A stretch of DNA of 64,000 nucleotides from Planktothrix sp. FACHB-1365 (GCF_014697575.1 NZ_JACJSC010000008.1:29075-93074), one strand, 5' to 3'. Shown: positions 51,761 to 62,347, counted from the stretch's first letter. A program made the numbers and translations. The notes: generated from the sequence alone by a model not told the origin.

Positions 51761-52966
51761 ATGACAAATTCTCCAAATGAAAAACTAAAATTGAATAATG
51801 AAAAGGATGGTATTCAAGATGAGACAGATATTGATTTAGAAGATTTTGATGATGACAATATAATTGAAGCAGATGATGAAGGAATTAATGAACCATTTGA
51901 TCCAACTAAAATTAGAGTTGATACTCGACCAATGACCATCGACCTTATGCTCAACCGAATTAAACATGGAGAGCTTGAACTTTCACCTGATTTTCAGCGT
52001 AAAGAAGTTTGGACTGATGTTGCTAAAAGTAAATTGATTGAGTCTATTCTGATTCGTATTCCTTTACCTGCTTTTTATATTGATGCTACTAATGAAGATA
52101 AATGGATAGTTATAGACGGATTACAACGATTAACAGCACTAAAACAATTTATCCTAGAACCTGATTCTAATGATAATCAATTAGGGAAAAATAAATTAAA
52201 GTTAACTAAGCTAGATTATCTAAAAGATCTTGAATGCAAAACTTATGATGAACTTCCTCGTAAATATCAGCGTCGTATCCTTGAAACTCAGTTACTATTA
52301 TATGTGATTGAAGAAGGTACACCTACTGAAGTTAAGTACAGTATATTTAGACGAATTAATACGGGTGGAGTTCCTCTATCACCCCAAGAACTTCGCAACG
52401 CACTTAATCAAGGAAAAGCCACTAAATTATTAGCTAAATTAACGGCAATAGACGAGTTTAAAAAAGTTACAAAACTCGATCAATCTAAAAGGCAACAAAG
52501 AATGATTGATCAGGAGTTTGTCTTGGGATTTTTAGCCTATACACTCAATAATTATTATGATTTTCCTAAATCAAAAAGTAGAGATGAATTTTTTCATAAA
52601 ACAATGGAGAAGATTAATAAAACTTTATCAGAGAATCAGATCAAGGAGATCGAATTTAATTTTAAACGTGCGATGGTTGCAGCTTATGATATTTTTGGAG
52701 AAGGAGCTTTTCGGAAAAAACCTAAAAGTGGTTCTAAGCATAACCCCATTAACCAGGCTTTATTTGAAGTTTGGTCTGTCAGTCTCAGTCAACTTAGTAA
52801 CTTGGATTTAGAAAAACTTAAAGAAAGAAAAGAAATTTTAATCAATCAATTTATTAATCTAGTAGAAAATGATTCTGAGTTTTTTAGATCAATTTCTCAA
52901 GCTGCTGAAAAAGTAACAGTTAGGTTTAGTAAAGTAGAACAATTAATTCAAGAGGTACTAGGATGA
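51761..52966 (+). CDS. DUF262 (ParB/Srx-like, GmrSD N-terminal-type) domain protein with acidic N-terminus
   Basis: …FQRKEVWTDVAKSKLIESILIRIPLPAFYIDATNEDKWIVIDGLQRLTALKQF matches the DUF262 core including the DGQQR-type motif (DGLQRLT). No DUF1524/HNH tail visible. AT-rich codon usage. Confidence 0.7.
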   Translation: MTNSPNEKLKLNNEKDGIQDETDIDLEDFDDDNIIEADDEGINEPFDPTKIRVDTRPMTIDLMLNRIKHGELELSPDFQRKEVWTDVAKSKLIESILIRIPLPAFYIDATNEDKWIVIDGLQRLTALKQFILEPDSNDNQLGKNKLKLTKLDYLKDLECKTYDELPRKYQRRILETQLLLYVIEEGTPTEVKYSIFRRINTGGVPLSPQELRNALNQGKATKLLAKLTAIDEFKKVTKLDQSKRQQRMIDQEFVLGFLAYTLNNYYDFPKSKSRDEFFHKTMEKINKTLSENQIKEIEFNFKRAMVAAYDIFGEGAFRKKPKSGSKHNPINQALFEVWSVSLSQLSNLDLEKLKERKEILINQFINLVENDSEFFRSISQAAEKVTVRFSKVEQLIQEVLG

Positions 52967-54075
52967 TTCATTCCCTAAAGTTGGAAAATTTTAAATGTTT
53001 TCAAGAACAATCACTTCAGTTTAAATCTTTGACGCTACTTTCGGGTCTGAATAGCACTGGTAAATCGTCTGTGTTACAGTCCTTACTACTTTTACGCCAA
53101 TCTTATCAACAAGATTTATTACCCGAAAAAGGATTAGCATTGAATGGAGATTTAGTATGTATAGGTACAGCCAAAGATGCTTTATTCGAGGATGCAGAAG
53201 AAGATGCAATTGGTTTTACAATTACCTGGAATAATGAACTTCAAGGAAAGTGGCATTTTAATTATAATGAAGTTGCAGATGTTCTCGATTTAACTTCATC
53301 TGAAGTGACTTCTGAAATTTATCAATCCAATCTGTTTAATGACAATTTTCACTATCTACAAGCTGAACGTATTGGCCCTCGTGCCTATTTAGAAATGTCA
53401 GACTTTCAGGTGCAAATACATAAGCAAATTGGTACTAGAGGCGAATATACAGCACATTTTTTAGCTCTCTATAAGTCTGATTCTATTCCTAATAGTGTGC
53501 TTAGTCATCCATCTGAACAATCATCAAAACTAGGATTTCAGGTTCAAGCATGGATGGGAGAAGTTAGCCCTGGAACACAAATTACAATTAATAATAATCC
53601 ACAACTAGATTTAATTAATTTACAATATTCTTATGACCTGAGTAATCAACGTCGTGCTACTAACGTAGGTTTTGGAATTAGTTATGTTTTACCAATTCTT
53701 GTAGCTATATTATCCTCCAAACCGGGTACATTAATATTAATAGAAAACCCTGAAGCTCATCTTCATCCTAAAGGACAAGCAAAAATGGGTGAATTATTAG
53801 CTTTAGCGGCAAGTTGTGGGGTTCAAATTGTTATAGAAACCCATAGTGATCATATTGTCAATGGGGTTCGCCTTGCTGTTCATGATGGTAAAATTAAACC
53901 AGAAGATTTTCAGTTACACTATTTTCAACGACAAGATAAAAATGGAGCATTTATGACAGAAGTAATATCTCCAAGAATTGATCGTAATGGCAGTTTCGAT
54001 GAATGGCCAGATGGCTTTCTCGATCAGTGGGAACAAAGTTTAATTGCTTTACTTAAACCCAGGAGTGTGTCATAG
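52963..54075 (+). CDS. ABC-type AAA ATPase (AAA_15/21-like) with DUF3696-like C-terminal tail
   Basis: N-terminus IHSLKLENFKCF…LTLLSGLNSTGKSSVLQSL (Walker A). Walker B/D-loop and H-loop LILIENPEAHLHPKGQAKM…VIETHSDHIV. C-terminal FDEWPDGFLDQWEQ. Start overlaps upstream stop (ATGA). Confidence 0.7.
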   Translation: MIHSLKLENFKCFQEQSLQFKSLTLLSGLNSTGKSSVLQSLLLLRQSYQQDLLPEKGLALNGDLVCIGTAKDALFEDAEEDAIGFTITWNNELQGKWHFNYNEVADVLDLTSSEVTSEIYQSNLFNDNFHYLQAERIGPRAYLEMSDFQVQIHKQIGTRGEYTAHFLALYKSDSIPNSVLSHPSEQSSKLGFQVQAWMGEVSPGTQITINNNPQLDLINLQYSYDLSNQRRATNVGFGISYVLPILVAILSSKPGTLILIENPEAHLHPKGQAKMGELLALAASCGVQIVIETHSDHIVNGVRLAVHDGKIKPEDFQLHYFQRQDKNGAFMTEVISPRIDRNGSFDEWPDGFLDQWEQSLIALLKPRSVS

Positions 54076-55017
54076 ATGAATCTGGAAATGGTATTAAATG
54101 AACTATCCCTGAAAAATCGTGCTGATAGTATTCAGGAAGCTCAAGAATGGATCTTAAATTTAGTAAATACCGCACTACTAGCGATTGATATTTCTGGTAT
54201 GACTAAGGGGGTACTTCGCGCTGATCAAAATTCATATACAAGTTTAATAGCCGATAATTATTCTATACTAAATTGGTGTGCTGATAAAAGCGTAGACCCC
54301 ACTAAAAGAGTTTTTCTTCTCAGTTCTATTAAAATCCCTTTTGAAGCTGAAATCAATAATCCAGACATTCAATCAAAACAATTAAGTTCAGAGTTTTTTT
54401 ATGAAGAAGAATCCTCTAAAGGTCTGGGATGGGCTTTTCTTCTGGATACACTTGCTGTTAGTTTACCTTCTGATGGAAGATGGAAAAATAGCCATTTAAA
54501 ATTAGTAGTTGAAGAATTAGATGATAGTGACAATCTGATTTCAACAACTGTTGATGTTATTCATGCTAGTCAAATTAGTCATGTTATTGGTCACACTACT
54601 TGGTTACAAAAACGTCTTGAATTAAGTGTAAGTAGTAGCGAAGAGCTTTGGGAACGTAAAGATGAGTTATTCCCTCATCTAAAATTTTGTGATCACGTTG
54701 AGCAACAAATCAAAACTCTTTTAGTGGGTGATCCAATGTTTAAACAAGTTAAGAAGAAGTTATTTGAGCTTGAAGAAGCTGCTAACAATTGGAAAGAAGG
54801 TTTTTTTGATTACGATAATCTTCCAAGTAAAGCGTCTCCAGAAAGTGAATCTAGGTTAAATAAATTTGAGAAAGAACTGACTTTTAGGTGTCCTGATCAT
54901 ACAAAAAAAACTTTTACTTTGCACCTTAGAATGACACCTGGTGATTGGAGGCTCTATTTTTTTCCTTCTAAACTTGGACAAATCCTTATTGGATATATTG
55001 GGCGTAAAATACAGTAA
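54076..55017 (+). CDS. Hypothetical protein, third gene of the DUF262/ATPase cassette
   Basis: 313-aa ORF starting 1 nt after the ATPase stop. No recognisable motif. Same low-GC composition. Confidence 0.5.
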   Translation: MNLEMVLNELSLKNRADSIQEAQEWILNLVNTALLAIDISGMTKGVLRADQNSYTSLIADNYSILNWCADKSVDPTKRVFLLSSIKIPFEAEINNPDIQSKQLSSEFFYEEESSKGLGWAFLLDTLAVSLPSDGRWKNSHLKLVVEELDDSDNLISTTVDVIHASQISHVIGHTTWLQKRLELSVSSSEELWERKDELFPHLKFCDHVEQQIKTLLVGDPMFKQVKKKLFELEEAANNWKEGFFDYDNLPSKASPESESRLNKFEKELTFRCPDHTKKTFTLHLRMTPGDWRLYFFPSKLGQILIGYIGRKIQ

Positions 55018-55058
55018 TAATTAATTTAGCCAAATAACTTTATTTAAGCGGTTAAGAA

Positions 55059-55241
55059 ATGATCCAAGAATTTAATGTACTTATTGAGAAAGATTCAGAT
55101 GGTTATTTTGTGGCATCAGTTCCTACTTTAAAAGGTTGTCACACACAAGCAAAATCTTTAGATGAGCTTAGGTCACGAATTCAAGCAGCAATAGAACTTT
55201 GCTTAGAATTTGATAACACTGAACATGAACTCTTAATTTAA
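55059..55241 (+). CDS. HicB-like (UPF0150) antitoxin-fold small protein, no adjacent HicA
   Basis: 60 aa: …EKDSDGYFVASVPTLKGCHTQAKSLDELRSRIQAAIELCLE matches the HicB N-terminal domain consensus (G.y.a..P.lpGc.tqG.t.eEa..n..eAi.l.le). Confidence 0.55.
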   Translation: MIQEFNVLIEKDSDGYFVASVPTLKGCHTQAKSLDELRSRIQAAIELCLEFDNTEHELLI

Positions 55242-55243
55242 GA

Positions 55244-55990
55244 TTACTCAACTTTAACTAAAAATTCATATTCAAACCCTTTATAATTAGAATCTAGTTG
55301 TAACGTATATTCTCCGGTTAGGAGAAGTTTATTAGAAAAAACTTTTGTATCGGGTGTAATACCCAGATTATCTGTTAATAATTCACCATTGGGACTCATT
55401 ACCATTGGGAAGACAGATTTATAATTTTCAATCGTTAAAGTTTGACCTGCGATCGCTGTAATTTTATAATTGTGACTTCCGCCGCCAATAATTTTTCCCT
55501 GAACTAACGCTGCATTTCCACCGGGTAAAAACTCAATATTTTTTTCCACTATCGAACAACTGCTCTCGGTGCGACTTTTTGCAATCCATCCACTCACAGG
55601 ATTATTAATTTTAAACCATCCGTTTTTTTCTTCAATTACAAAAACAAAAGTATTATTATTCAATTGACCAACAATATTACCCTCTGTTACTTCTGGTGTT
55701 GAACGAACGTTCAATGGTGCATCCGGGTCTTTGACAACGGCTGTGCTAATTTTGCAACCCTCCACAGGGGGTTTAATAATAGCAATCGGAGGTGTTTCCG
55801 ATGGTGGTGATGTGTTGGGAACGGATGCGGGAACGGAGGTAATGGGGGGTTCAGAAGGTCGAGGAGACTCGGTTTGAGGGGTTGGGGACGATTTCGATGA
55901 GGGAGACTGAACCGTCATCACAGCAATTGTGACTCCAGCAATTACCCCAGCTACACCTGCTATAATCAGTTGGCTAGGTTTAATGGACAT
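55244..55990 (-). CDS. Membrane-anchored protein with Pro-rich linker and bacterial SH3-like domain
   Basis: N-terminal TM (IIAGVAGVIAGVTIAVM), PSTE-rich linker, then DAPLNVRSTPEVTEGNIVGQLNNNTFVFVIEEKNGWFKI (SH3b-like). Confidence 0.45.
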   Translation of the reverse strand: MSIKPSQLIIAGVAGVIAGVTIAVMTVQSPSSKSSPTPQTESPRPSEPPITSVPASVPNTSPPSETPPIAIIKPPVEGCKISTAVVKDPDAPLNVRSTPEVTEGNIVGQLNNNTFVFVIEEKNGWFKINNPVSGWIAKSRTESSCSIVEKNIEFLPGGNAALVQGKIIGGGSHNYKITAIAGQTLTIENYKSVFPMVMSPNGELLTDNLGITPDTKVFSNKLLLTGEYTLQLDSNYKGFEYEFLVKVE

Positions 55991-56129
55991 ATCGGTTAAC
56001 CTCGTTTGTAGCGAATAGCGATCGCATAATCCTTAAGGAATATCTCTGATAGAATAGCTAAAATTACGGATTTTAATGTGATTTTTGAGGATATCCCGAT
56101 CAATTTCAGCTTCTAACAGAGAAAATCTT

Positions 56130-57140
56130 CTAGGGATTTAGATTGTATTTTTGCCGGGATAAACTCGACTGTCGGGCCGCCTCAGCCACTTTTAGACTAT
56201 ATAAACTGGCTTCTGGCGTTATATAAAGGGGAGTTCCTTGGTAGAGACAATCTAAAACCATTTGGGTATCTTTAACAAATAATCCTCGACGAGAAGCAAC
56301 TTCAAGGGTTTGAATGGTATCGTTTTGAATCAGTTGGCCCTTTTCGGGAGTAAAAATTAATGTTCCCTGTTCTCCATAGAGGGTAAACGTATTCTCCGAC
56401 TGCCAAAAAACCTCCCCTTTACCATAAACCGATTCTCCCAGGATGCCATTATTAAAGGTTAACTGGGTATGACATAAACAAGCTTTGTAGAGATCGGGTT
56501 CAATTTCCCAATATTGATTTTGACAGTTAACACTGGCTACGGTTCCAAATAAATCTGTAAACCGATGCAAACGGGATAAAGCTCCACTCAGGGGAAACCC
56601 AAATAAAGACGGTTGATATGTCCATTTCCGAGAGGCTGGATGTTGGGGGTTAAACGTGACATAGCGAACATAAAACACTTGACCAATAGCCGCTAGGGAC
56701 GCTTTGATGGCGTTGTGCAGTCCCCCCAAAAGTTCAATATGTTCAACATGGAGGAGTTTATTTTTCTCTTGGGCGAGGGTAATTAAAGATTCTGCTTCCT
56801 GGGGATCTAAACTCAGGGGATATTCGACAACGACGTGTTTACCGTGTTCTAAAGCGTGACGAGCGATCTGGCCATGATCTCGATTAATCGTACAAATCAC
56901 GACCAAATCAATATCCGGTCGTTGGACTAAATCTGTCCAAGATGCTGATACCGTCACATCAAATTCTTGACTGAAAGCAATCGTTGAAGCGGAAGTATAA
57001 CCCGAAATGGCCACAAGTTGCGATCGCTCATCGGCTTTTAAAGCTGTTGCTCGCATTTTCGCTGCATATCCTGTCCCAACAATACCCACTCCTAGGGGTT
57101 GAGAAACCTTACCCCAAGATAAATCTAAAGATTGACTCAT
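56130..57140 (-). CDS. Gfo/Idh/MocA-family NAD(P)-dependent oxidoreductase
   Basis: N-terminal Rossmann GVGIVGTGYAAKMRATAL and GFO_IDH_MocA C-terminal domain. ATG at 57140 preferred over the TTG at 57149 used by the ORF track. Confidence 0.75.
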   Translation of the reverse strand: MSQSLDLSWGKVSQPLGVGIVGTGYAAKMRATALKADERSQLVAISGYTSASTIAFSQEFDVTVSASWTDLVQRPDIDLVVICTINRDHGQIARHALEHGKHVVVEYPLSLDPQEAESLITLAQEKNKLLHVEHIELLGGLHNAIKASLAAIGQVFYVRYVTFNPQHPASRKWTYQPSLFGFPLSGALSRLHRFTDLFGTVASVNCQNQYWEIEPDLYKACLCHTQLTFNNGILGESVYGKGEVFWQSENTFTLYGEQGTLIFTPEKGQLIQNDTIQTLEVASRRGLFVKDTQMVLDCLYQGTPLYITPEASLYSLKVAEAARQSSLSRQKYNLNP

Positions 57141-57448
57141 GATCACCAACTCCTGATCTCAAATATTCATCCGACTTAATACCCTACACCCACTTAACCA
57201 GCAACTAAAACCCCATCTGTCCCATTCTCCCCTGATTTCTCTACACCTGCCCTTCTCCCTGGGACACAGAGACTAGATATAAGTAATCAAGATGTAATTA
57301 GAAAAATTTATAATAAATCCCTTTCAAAAGGTCGCTTAACAAGGTTTTACATTCTTCACTTTTTCTTCTAATATCGAGAGGTAAAATAAATCGGCGATGC
57401 AAACGAAGGCTAATTAACGCTTTTGATTTGCATAAGTGATTTTTATAG

Positions 57449-57769
<321 letters not shown>

Positions 57770-58162
57770 TCCTTGGGTTAGGGTTCAGAGTTTAAGGTTG
57801 ATCCATCTGACTCAACATTAAGCTTTGATCTCCTAATGGGCAAAGGACTTCAATGAATTGAAAGGCTGAAGTCAAGGTCTAGGGAAGAAAAATTGAGAGT
57901 TTGGACTGCCACTGACCTAGCTTCATGCCTTTCTCACAGCCTTGAATTGAGATAATTCCAAGGTCAAGCATACAAGGGTGAAATATAAGCAATTAAGATA
58001 TAATTAGAAAAGTTTATAATAAATCCCATTCAAATTTAGCTTAACAAGGTTTTACATCTTTCACTTTTTCTCTTAATATCAAAAGGGGAAAAAAATCTGT
58101 AATGCAAACAAAAGCCCACTCACGCTTTTGTTAAGCATAAACGATTTTTCTAATATTCTTGA

Positions 58163-58480
<318 letters not shown>

Positions 58481-58496
58481 TGATGAGTTTTTGATT

Positions 58497-58547
58497 CCAA
58501 GTTCAGCGTTGAAAGATATCTTTCAACGTTGAACTTGGAGTTTTTGT
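58497..58547 (+). terminator. Rho-independent terminator after second petF
   Basis: Near-perfect 20-bp hairpin ccaagttcagcgttgaaaga / tctttcaacgttgaacttgg followed by agtttttgtt. Confidence 0.55.
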
Positions 58548-60178
58548 TATTGTCCCAACTGCATCGCAGTATTAAACGGTTGTAGTTGGGTTCCAGGGAA
58601 GTAAAAGTTTAAAATTTTCTCGCTTGACCATCCCAATTTAGCCAAGTGATAGGAGCCCGTTTGACTCATACCCACCCCATGTCCATAACCACCCCCAACA
58701 AAAACATAGCCTTTTAAGGTTTTGTTGGGATTAAAAACGGGATCAATATAAAATAACGTACTAATCGGGGGTAAAAAAGCACTTTGGATTTCATCTTTGG
58801 AAATTTCTAACACCCCTTGATCCGTCGTTACCGTCATTTTCAAAACTCGTCCCGTTGGCGATCGCTCTACAATCTCAACCTTTTGAATATTCTTAAAATT
58901 AGAATTAGGCAAATTGCGGCGTTTCAAGTAAAGACGCAAATGGGCTGCCATTGATTCTAACGTTGTTTCTTCTCGCCAACGAAAGTCATATTCTCCGGTT
59001 TCATTAAATCCCTTTTGCAAATTCATAAACCGTCGAAAATTTTGTTCTGATGCTAAATTTTGTTGAGATAAATCCCAAATTTTATTCGGAGCATCAATTA
59101 CGCCTTTTAAATAAGGTCGCGGTTCCCCATTCCAAATATCATTATAATTGGCTGTAACTCCCCCACTGGTGGAAAAATAAACCGCATCCGTCAATTGATT
59201 GTTATAGGTTAAAACTAAACCGTTTGTAACATTAATCGCTTGATCCGTACTGGGATAAACTTCTGTTAACCCTTTATACACTTGACAGTCCGTATTAGCA
59301 CAGAGATGATAATTATCTGCTTCAAATCGTCGCAGATTTCGTAACGCATAGGTTCGCGCTAAAACCGCTTGGGCTTCGATCGACGCATCGGGGGGCCAAG
59401 CTCCAATTTCATGAGGCACGACACCCCGTAAATAAGTCTCTAAGGGCACGTTATTAACCAGGGTGTAGGTTCCATAAGCATCCGGTTGCAGTTGTAAACT
59501 TCCCCCATAAACCAAAGGTTGGGGATCATTCGGTTTTTGACTCACTTGAATCACATTCTGGGGGGTTGTAATCTCCAGTTGATTACGGTTGTAGCGATAT
59601 CCTGCGGCTGTCCAATAGGGGGTACGTTTTTGGGTAAGCACTTGAGTTTCTAACCGAGGAATTTTATGGCCTTGGGCTTGTAAACTATCGATTAACCAAC
59701 GTCGCAGCAGGGGGGTATTATAGATGCTACGTTTCGCCCAAACTTGCCAGCGATCCGGTTGAGCTAATTCTACTTCTAAACCGAGCGATCGCCATTTTTG
59801 AGCGTCTTCTTCAGCATTTTCATAGCTGCGGTGGGTACTCAAAACCACCCTTTCCTCAACTTCCGGTTCAGGAAGGGGTTCAACGCCGATTTTCAGAATC
59901 ACCGTCTCCGTATGCAGTTCTTTGTTTCCTTGGGGCGTTTGAAACTCTAGGGTTAAGTGATCTCCGGGTTGAGCTTTGAGAATGAGTTGATCCGTGGGTT
60001 TTTGCCCAAAGTGTTGCACCACCCCTATTTTGAGGGGGATGTTCATGTCTTTGGGTTCCCGTTCTTGGGCGACGGTTAGCTTGGGAGAAAAAACGAGTAA
60101 AGAAAAGAAAATTAAGCTGGAAACGGTAAATTTTGCTGACTGAGTGCTTGTCCGAGATAAAAGTTTTGAAGTTCTCAT
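58547..60178 (-). CDS. SpoIID/LytB domain protein
   Basis: C-terminal signature …GGGYGHGVGMSQTGSYHLAKLGWSSEKILNFYFPGT. N-terminal signal peptide. Confidence 0.8.
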   Translation of the reverse strand: MRTSKLLSRTSTQSAKFTVSSLIFFSLLVFSPKLTVAQEREPKDMNIPLKIGVVQHFGQKPTDQLILKAQPGDHLTLEFQTPQGNKELHTETVILKIGVEPLPEPEVEERVVLSTHRSYENAEEDAQKWRSLGLEVELAQPDRWQVWAKRSIYNTPLLRRWLIDSLQAQGHKIPRLETQVLTQKRTPYWTAAGYRYNRNQLEITTPQNVIQVSQKPNDPQPLVYGGSLQLQPDAYGTYTLVNNVPLETYLRGVVPHEIGAWPPDASIEAQAVLARTYALRNLRRFEADNYHLCANTDCQVYKGLTEVYPSTDQAINVTNGLVLTYNNQLTDAVYFSTSGGVTANYNDIWNGEPRPYLKGVIDAPNKIWDLSQQNLASEQNFRRFMNLQKGFNETGEYDFRWREETTLESMAAHLRLYLKRRNLPNSNFKNIQKVEIVERSPTGRVLKMTVTTDQGVLEISKDEIQSAFLPPISTLFYIDPVFNPNKTLKGYVFVGGGYGHGVGMSQTGSYHLAKLGWSSEKILNFYFPGTQLQPFNTAMQLGQ

Positions 60179-60313
60179 TGATGTTGGGAAAATTAAAACA
60201 ATCTGGTATTGAGTCTTGAGTCGTTCAAGTTGATGACTATGGTAGCAGGTCAGTTCGTTGTTCGGGGAAAGGATGAGGGTTGATTTAGGAATAAGCTGAG
60301 AATTGAGTCAGTT

Positions 60314-60800
60314 TTATTCAAAGTTGAAATTTTTCCATTTACGATCAGGAGTTTTTACTTCAAAAAATAATTCTATACTGTCTCGTTCTTGTTGATTACA
60401 ATCACTTCTCAGTCGCTGCATGAAAGCATCGCTTATCCTTTTATTTGCCTGTTTAACCATACTGTGCATTCGTTTTGCCAATTCATAAATAAAATTGTTC
60501 TTGAAAATTATATTTTTTCCTGCAAAATCATTTAACCTTTGTACTTTTTGTGCATCTGGCTTAGTGAGAGTTGCAGCAGTATGAACAATTGAATGCCTTA
60601 ATTGCCAAAAGCATTCTAAATCTTTTTTATCGTTATTTGAAAAAAAAAATCAGTTTTAAATCCGAATGATTTCATATATCTATTGACTATTTCAGGATTG
60701 TGCCAATCTTTCAACGTATCAGCTAATATAATTCCCGTTGTAACTGCACTTTCTCCTCTATATCCGAGTAAATGAATTGACTTAATTTCTAATATTCCCT
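60314..60800 (-). pseudogene. Frameshifted gene remnant (HEPN-like Rx4-6H motif) disrupted at an A10 homopolymer
   Basis: Two consecutive minus-strand frames joined at the a10 run (60640..60649) give …EIKSIHLLGYRGESAVTTGIILADTLKDWHNPEIVNRYMKSFGFKTDFFF / SNNDKKDLECFWQLRHSIVHTAATLTKPDAQKVQRL…KWKNFNFE*. Neither half has a usable start of 60 aa or more. Confidence 0.35.
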
Positions 60801-61120
60801 ATTTAAAACCTAAGCTATTAAAAGTTGTTTTTACAATATTCAATAGAGTCTTTTGCACTGACACAGAACGTCAGAAATGCGCTTGCAGGGCAATTAATAT
60901 ATTCATCATGTGTTGGATGACCTACAACTGTATCAGAATTTGGGAATAAATATTCTTCTACTTCAAACATACTATATCTCTTGTGTCTGGGTATATAGAT
61001 TTATTATATTACAGCTTATAGACTGAATCATTATTAAGTCTCAATCATGTCAATCTTGACAAGACAATGTAATTGCATTACCTTAGAAATACAGTTTAAT
61101 CCATCGGTTTAGAGGTCGCT

Positions 61121-61453
61121 ATGACTGTAAAACCCGCCCCATGCTCAGAATCTACTCTCACAGATCGTTATCAGACTACAATTCCTGAGCCGATTCGCAA
61201 AGCTCTGGGCTTGAATAAACGTGATAAAATTTGCTACACCCTCCAGTCTGACGGTCAAGTCGTCATTTCTCGTACTGACACAACAGAAAATGATCCAATA
61301 CTTGGAGAATTTCTGAATTTTCTAGCACAAGATATTAAAAACAATCCTCAGCACTTAGAAACACTTAGCTCTGATTTAGTCAACCGTGTTCAGTCGTTGG
61401 TTTCTGATGTTGATCTGGATCTGGATGCACCACTTTTGGATGAGGATGAGTAA
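61121..61453 (+). CDS. PrlF/SohA-family (AbrB/SpoVT fold) antitoxin
   Basis: TTIPEPIRKALGLNKRDKICYTL swapped-hairpin motif and acidic C-terminal tail. Immediately upstream of the YhaV-like gene. Confidence 0.6.
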   Translation: MTVKPAPCSESTLTDRYQTTIPEPIRKALGLNKRDKICYTLQSDGQVVISRTDTTENDPILGEFLNFLAQDIKNNPQHLETLSSDLVNRVQSLVSDVDLDLDAPLLDEDE

Positions 61454-61455
61454 GT

Positions 61456-61914
61456 GTGTTTGTCAATCAACCGCTTGTCATTAATGGGTGGAATCTATTT
61501 GCTCATCCTCTATTTCTTAACCAGTTTGAAGAACTTCTGACCCAGGTTGAACAGTTGCGCCAGAAGTATCCTCAAGACTACAAAAAGAAAAACGCTACAA
61601 AGCGTCTAGCAGCGATCGCAAAGTTAGCATTTGATACTATTCCTCAAGATCCAACCCGTAGCGAGTATCGTCAAGGGAGTACCCTTGGAGATGATTACAA
61701 ACACTGGTTTAGAGCAAAATTTTTTCAACAATATCGGTTGTTCTTTCGATTTCATCAAGAAAGCAAAATAATTGTCTACGCTTGGGTTAACGATGAAAAC
61801 TCTAAACGAGCTTACGATAGTAATACAGACGCTTATCGAGTTTTTAAGAAAATGCTTGACAGTGGCTATCCTCCTGATAATTGGGATGATTTACTCAAAG
61901 AGGCAACTAGCTAG
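61456..61914 (+). CDS. YhaV-family toxin (RelE/ParE-superfamily ribonuclease)
   Basis: …AWVNDENSKRAYDSNTDAYRVFKKMLDSGYPPDNWDDLL and HWFRAKFFQQYRLFFRF match YhaV conserved blocks. GTG start 3 nt after the antitoxin stop. Confidence 0.6.
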   Translation: MFVNQPLVINGWNLFAHPLFLNQFEELLTQVEQLRQKYPQDYKKKNATKRLAAIAKLAFDTIPQDPTRSEYRQGSTLGDDYKHWFRAKFFQQYRLFFRFHQESKIIVYAWVNDENSKRAYDSNTDAYRVFKKMLDSGYPPDNWDDLLKEATS

Positions 61915-62004
61915 CGAAACGAATCGTTTGGAGAAAGCAGCTAACATAGAGATTTAGTAAGGTGGAAATATAAAGGCAAATATGGATTAAAAATCTGATG
62001 CTGA

Positions 62005-62250
62005 ACCTCTTTAGAAATATTAATGCCATTATCAGCGATCGCAATTTCCAACCAATGGTTTAAAGCGGTGGTAGCTCTCAGAAAGAAATTGATTTCTTTT
62101 GGAAAATTATTCATTGCTAACCCTGATTTACCTGAACGTTTGGCAACAGATGCTGCTTTTAATACTCCTGATTTTGCAACGTTTTACGGCAAAGGAGATC
62201 AGAATTTAGAGAAAGGTTACACCGATTATCTATTTTTAACGGCGAGTTAG
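62005..62250 (+). pseudogene. C-terminal remnant of an Old-Yellow-Enzyme (NADH:flavin oxidoreductase/NemA) gene
   Basis: …LISFGKLFIANPDLPERLATDAAFNTPDFATFYGKGDQNLEKGYTDYLFL matches the OYE C-terminus (…FGR.FIANPDLP.R……FYGGG..GYTDYP.L). Frame opens only at 62005, so the N-terminal ~280 aa are absent. Confidence 0.55.
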
Positions 62251-62347
62251 CAAGGGGAATTATAAGACCAATTCTGTTAAAATCCGGTAATCCTTGACCC
62301 TTCAAGATCAAAGACACCGGATCAAATCAATATTAAGCAATTAACGA

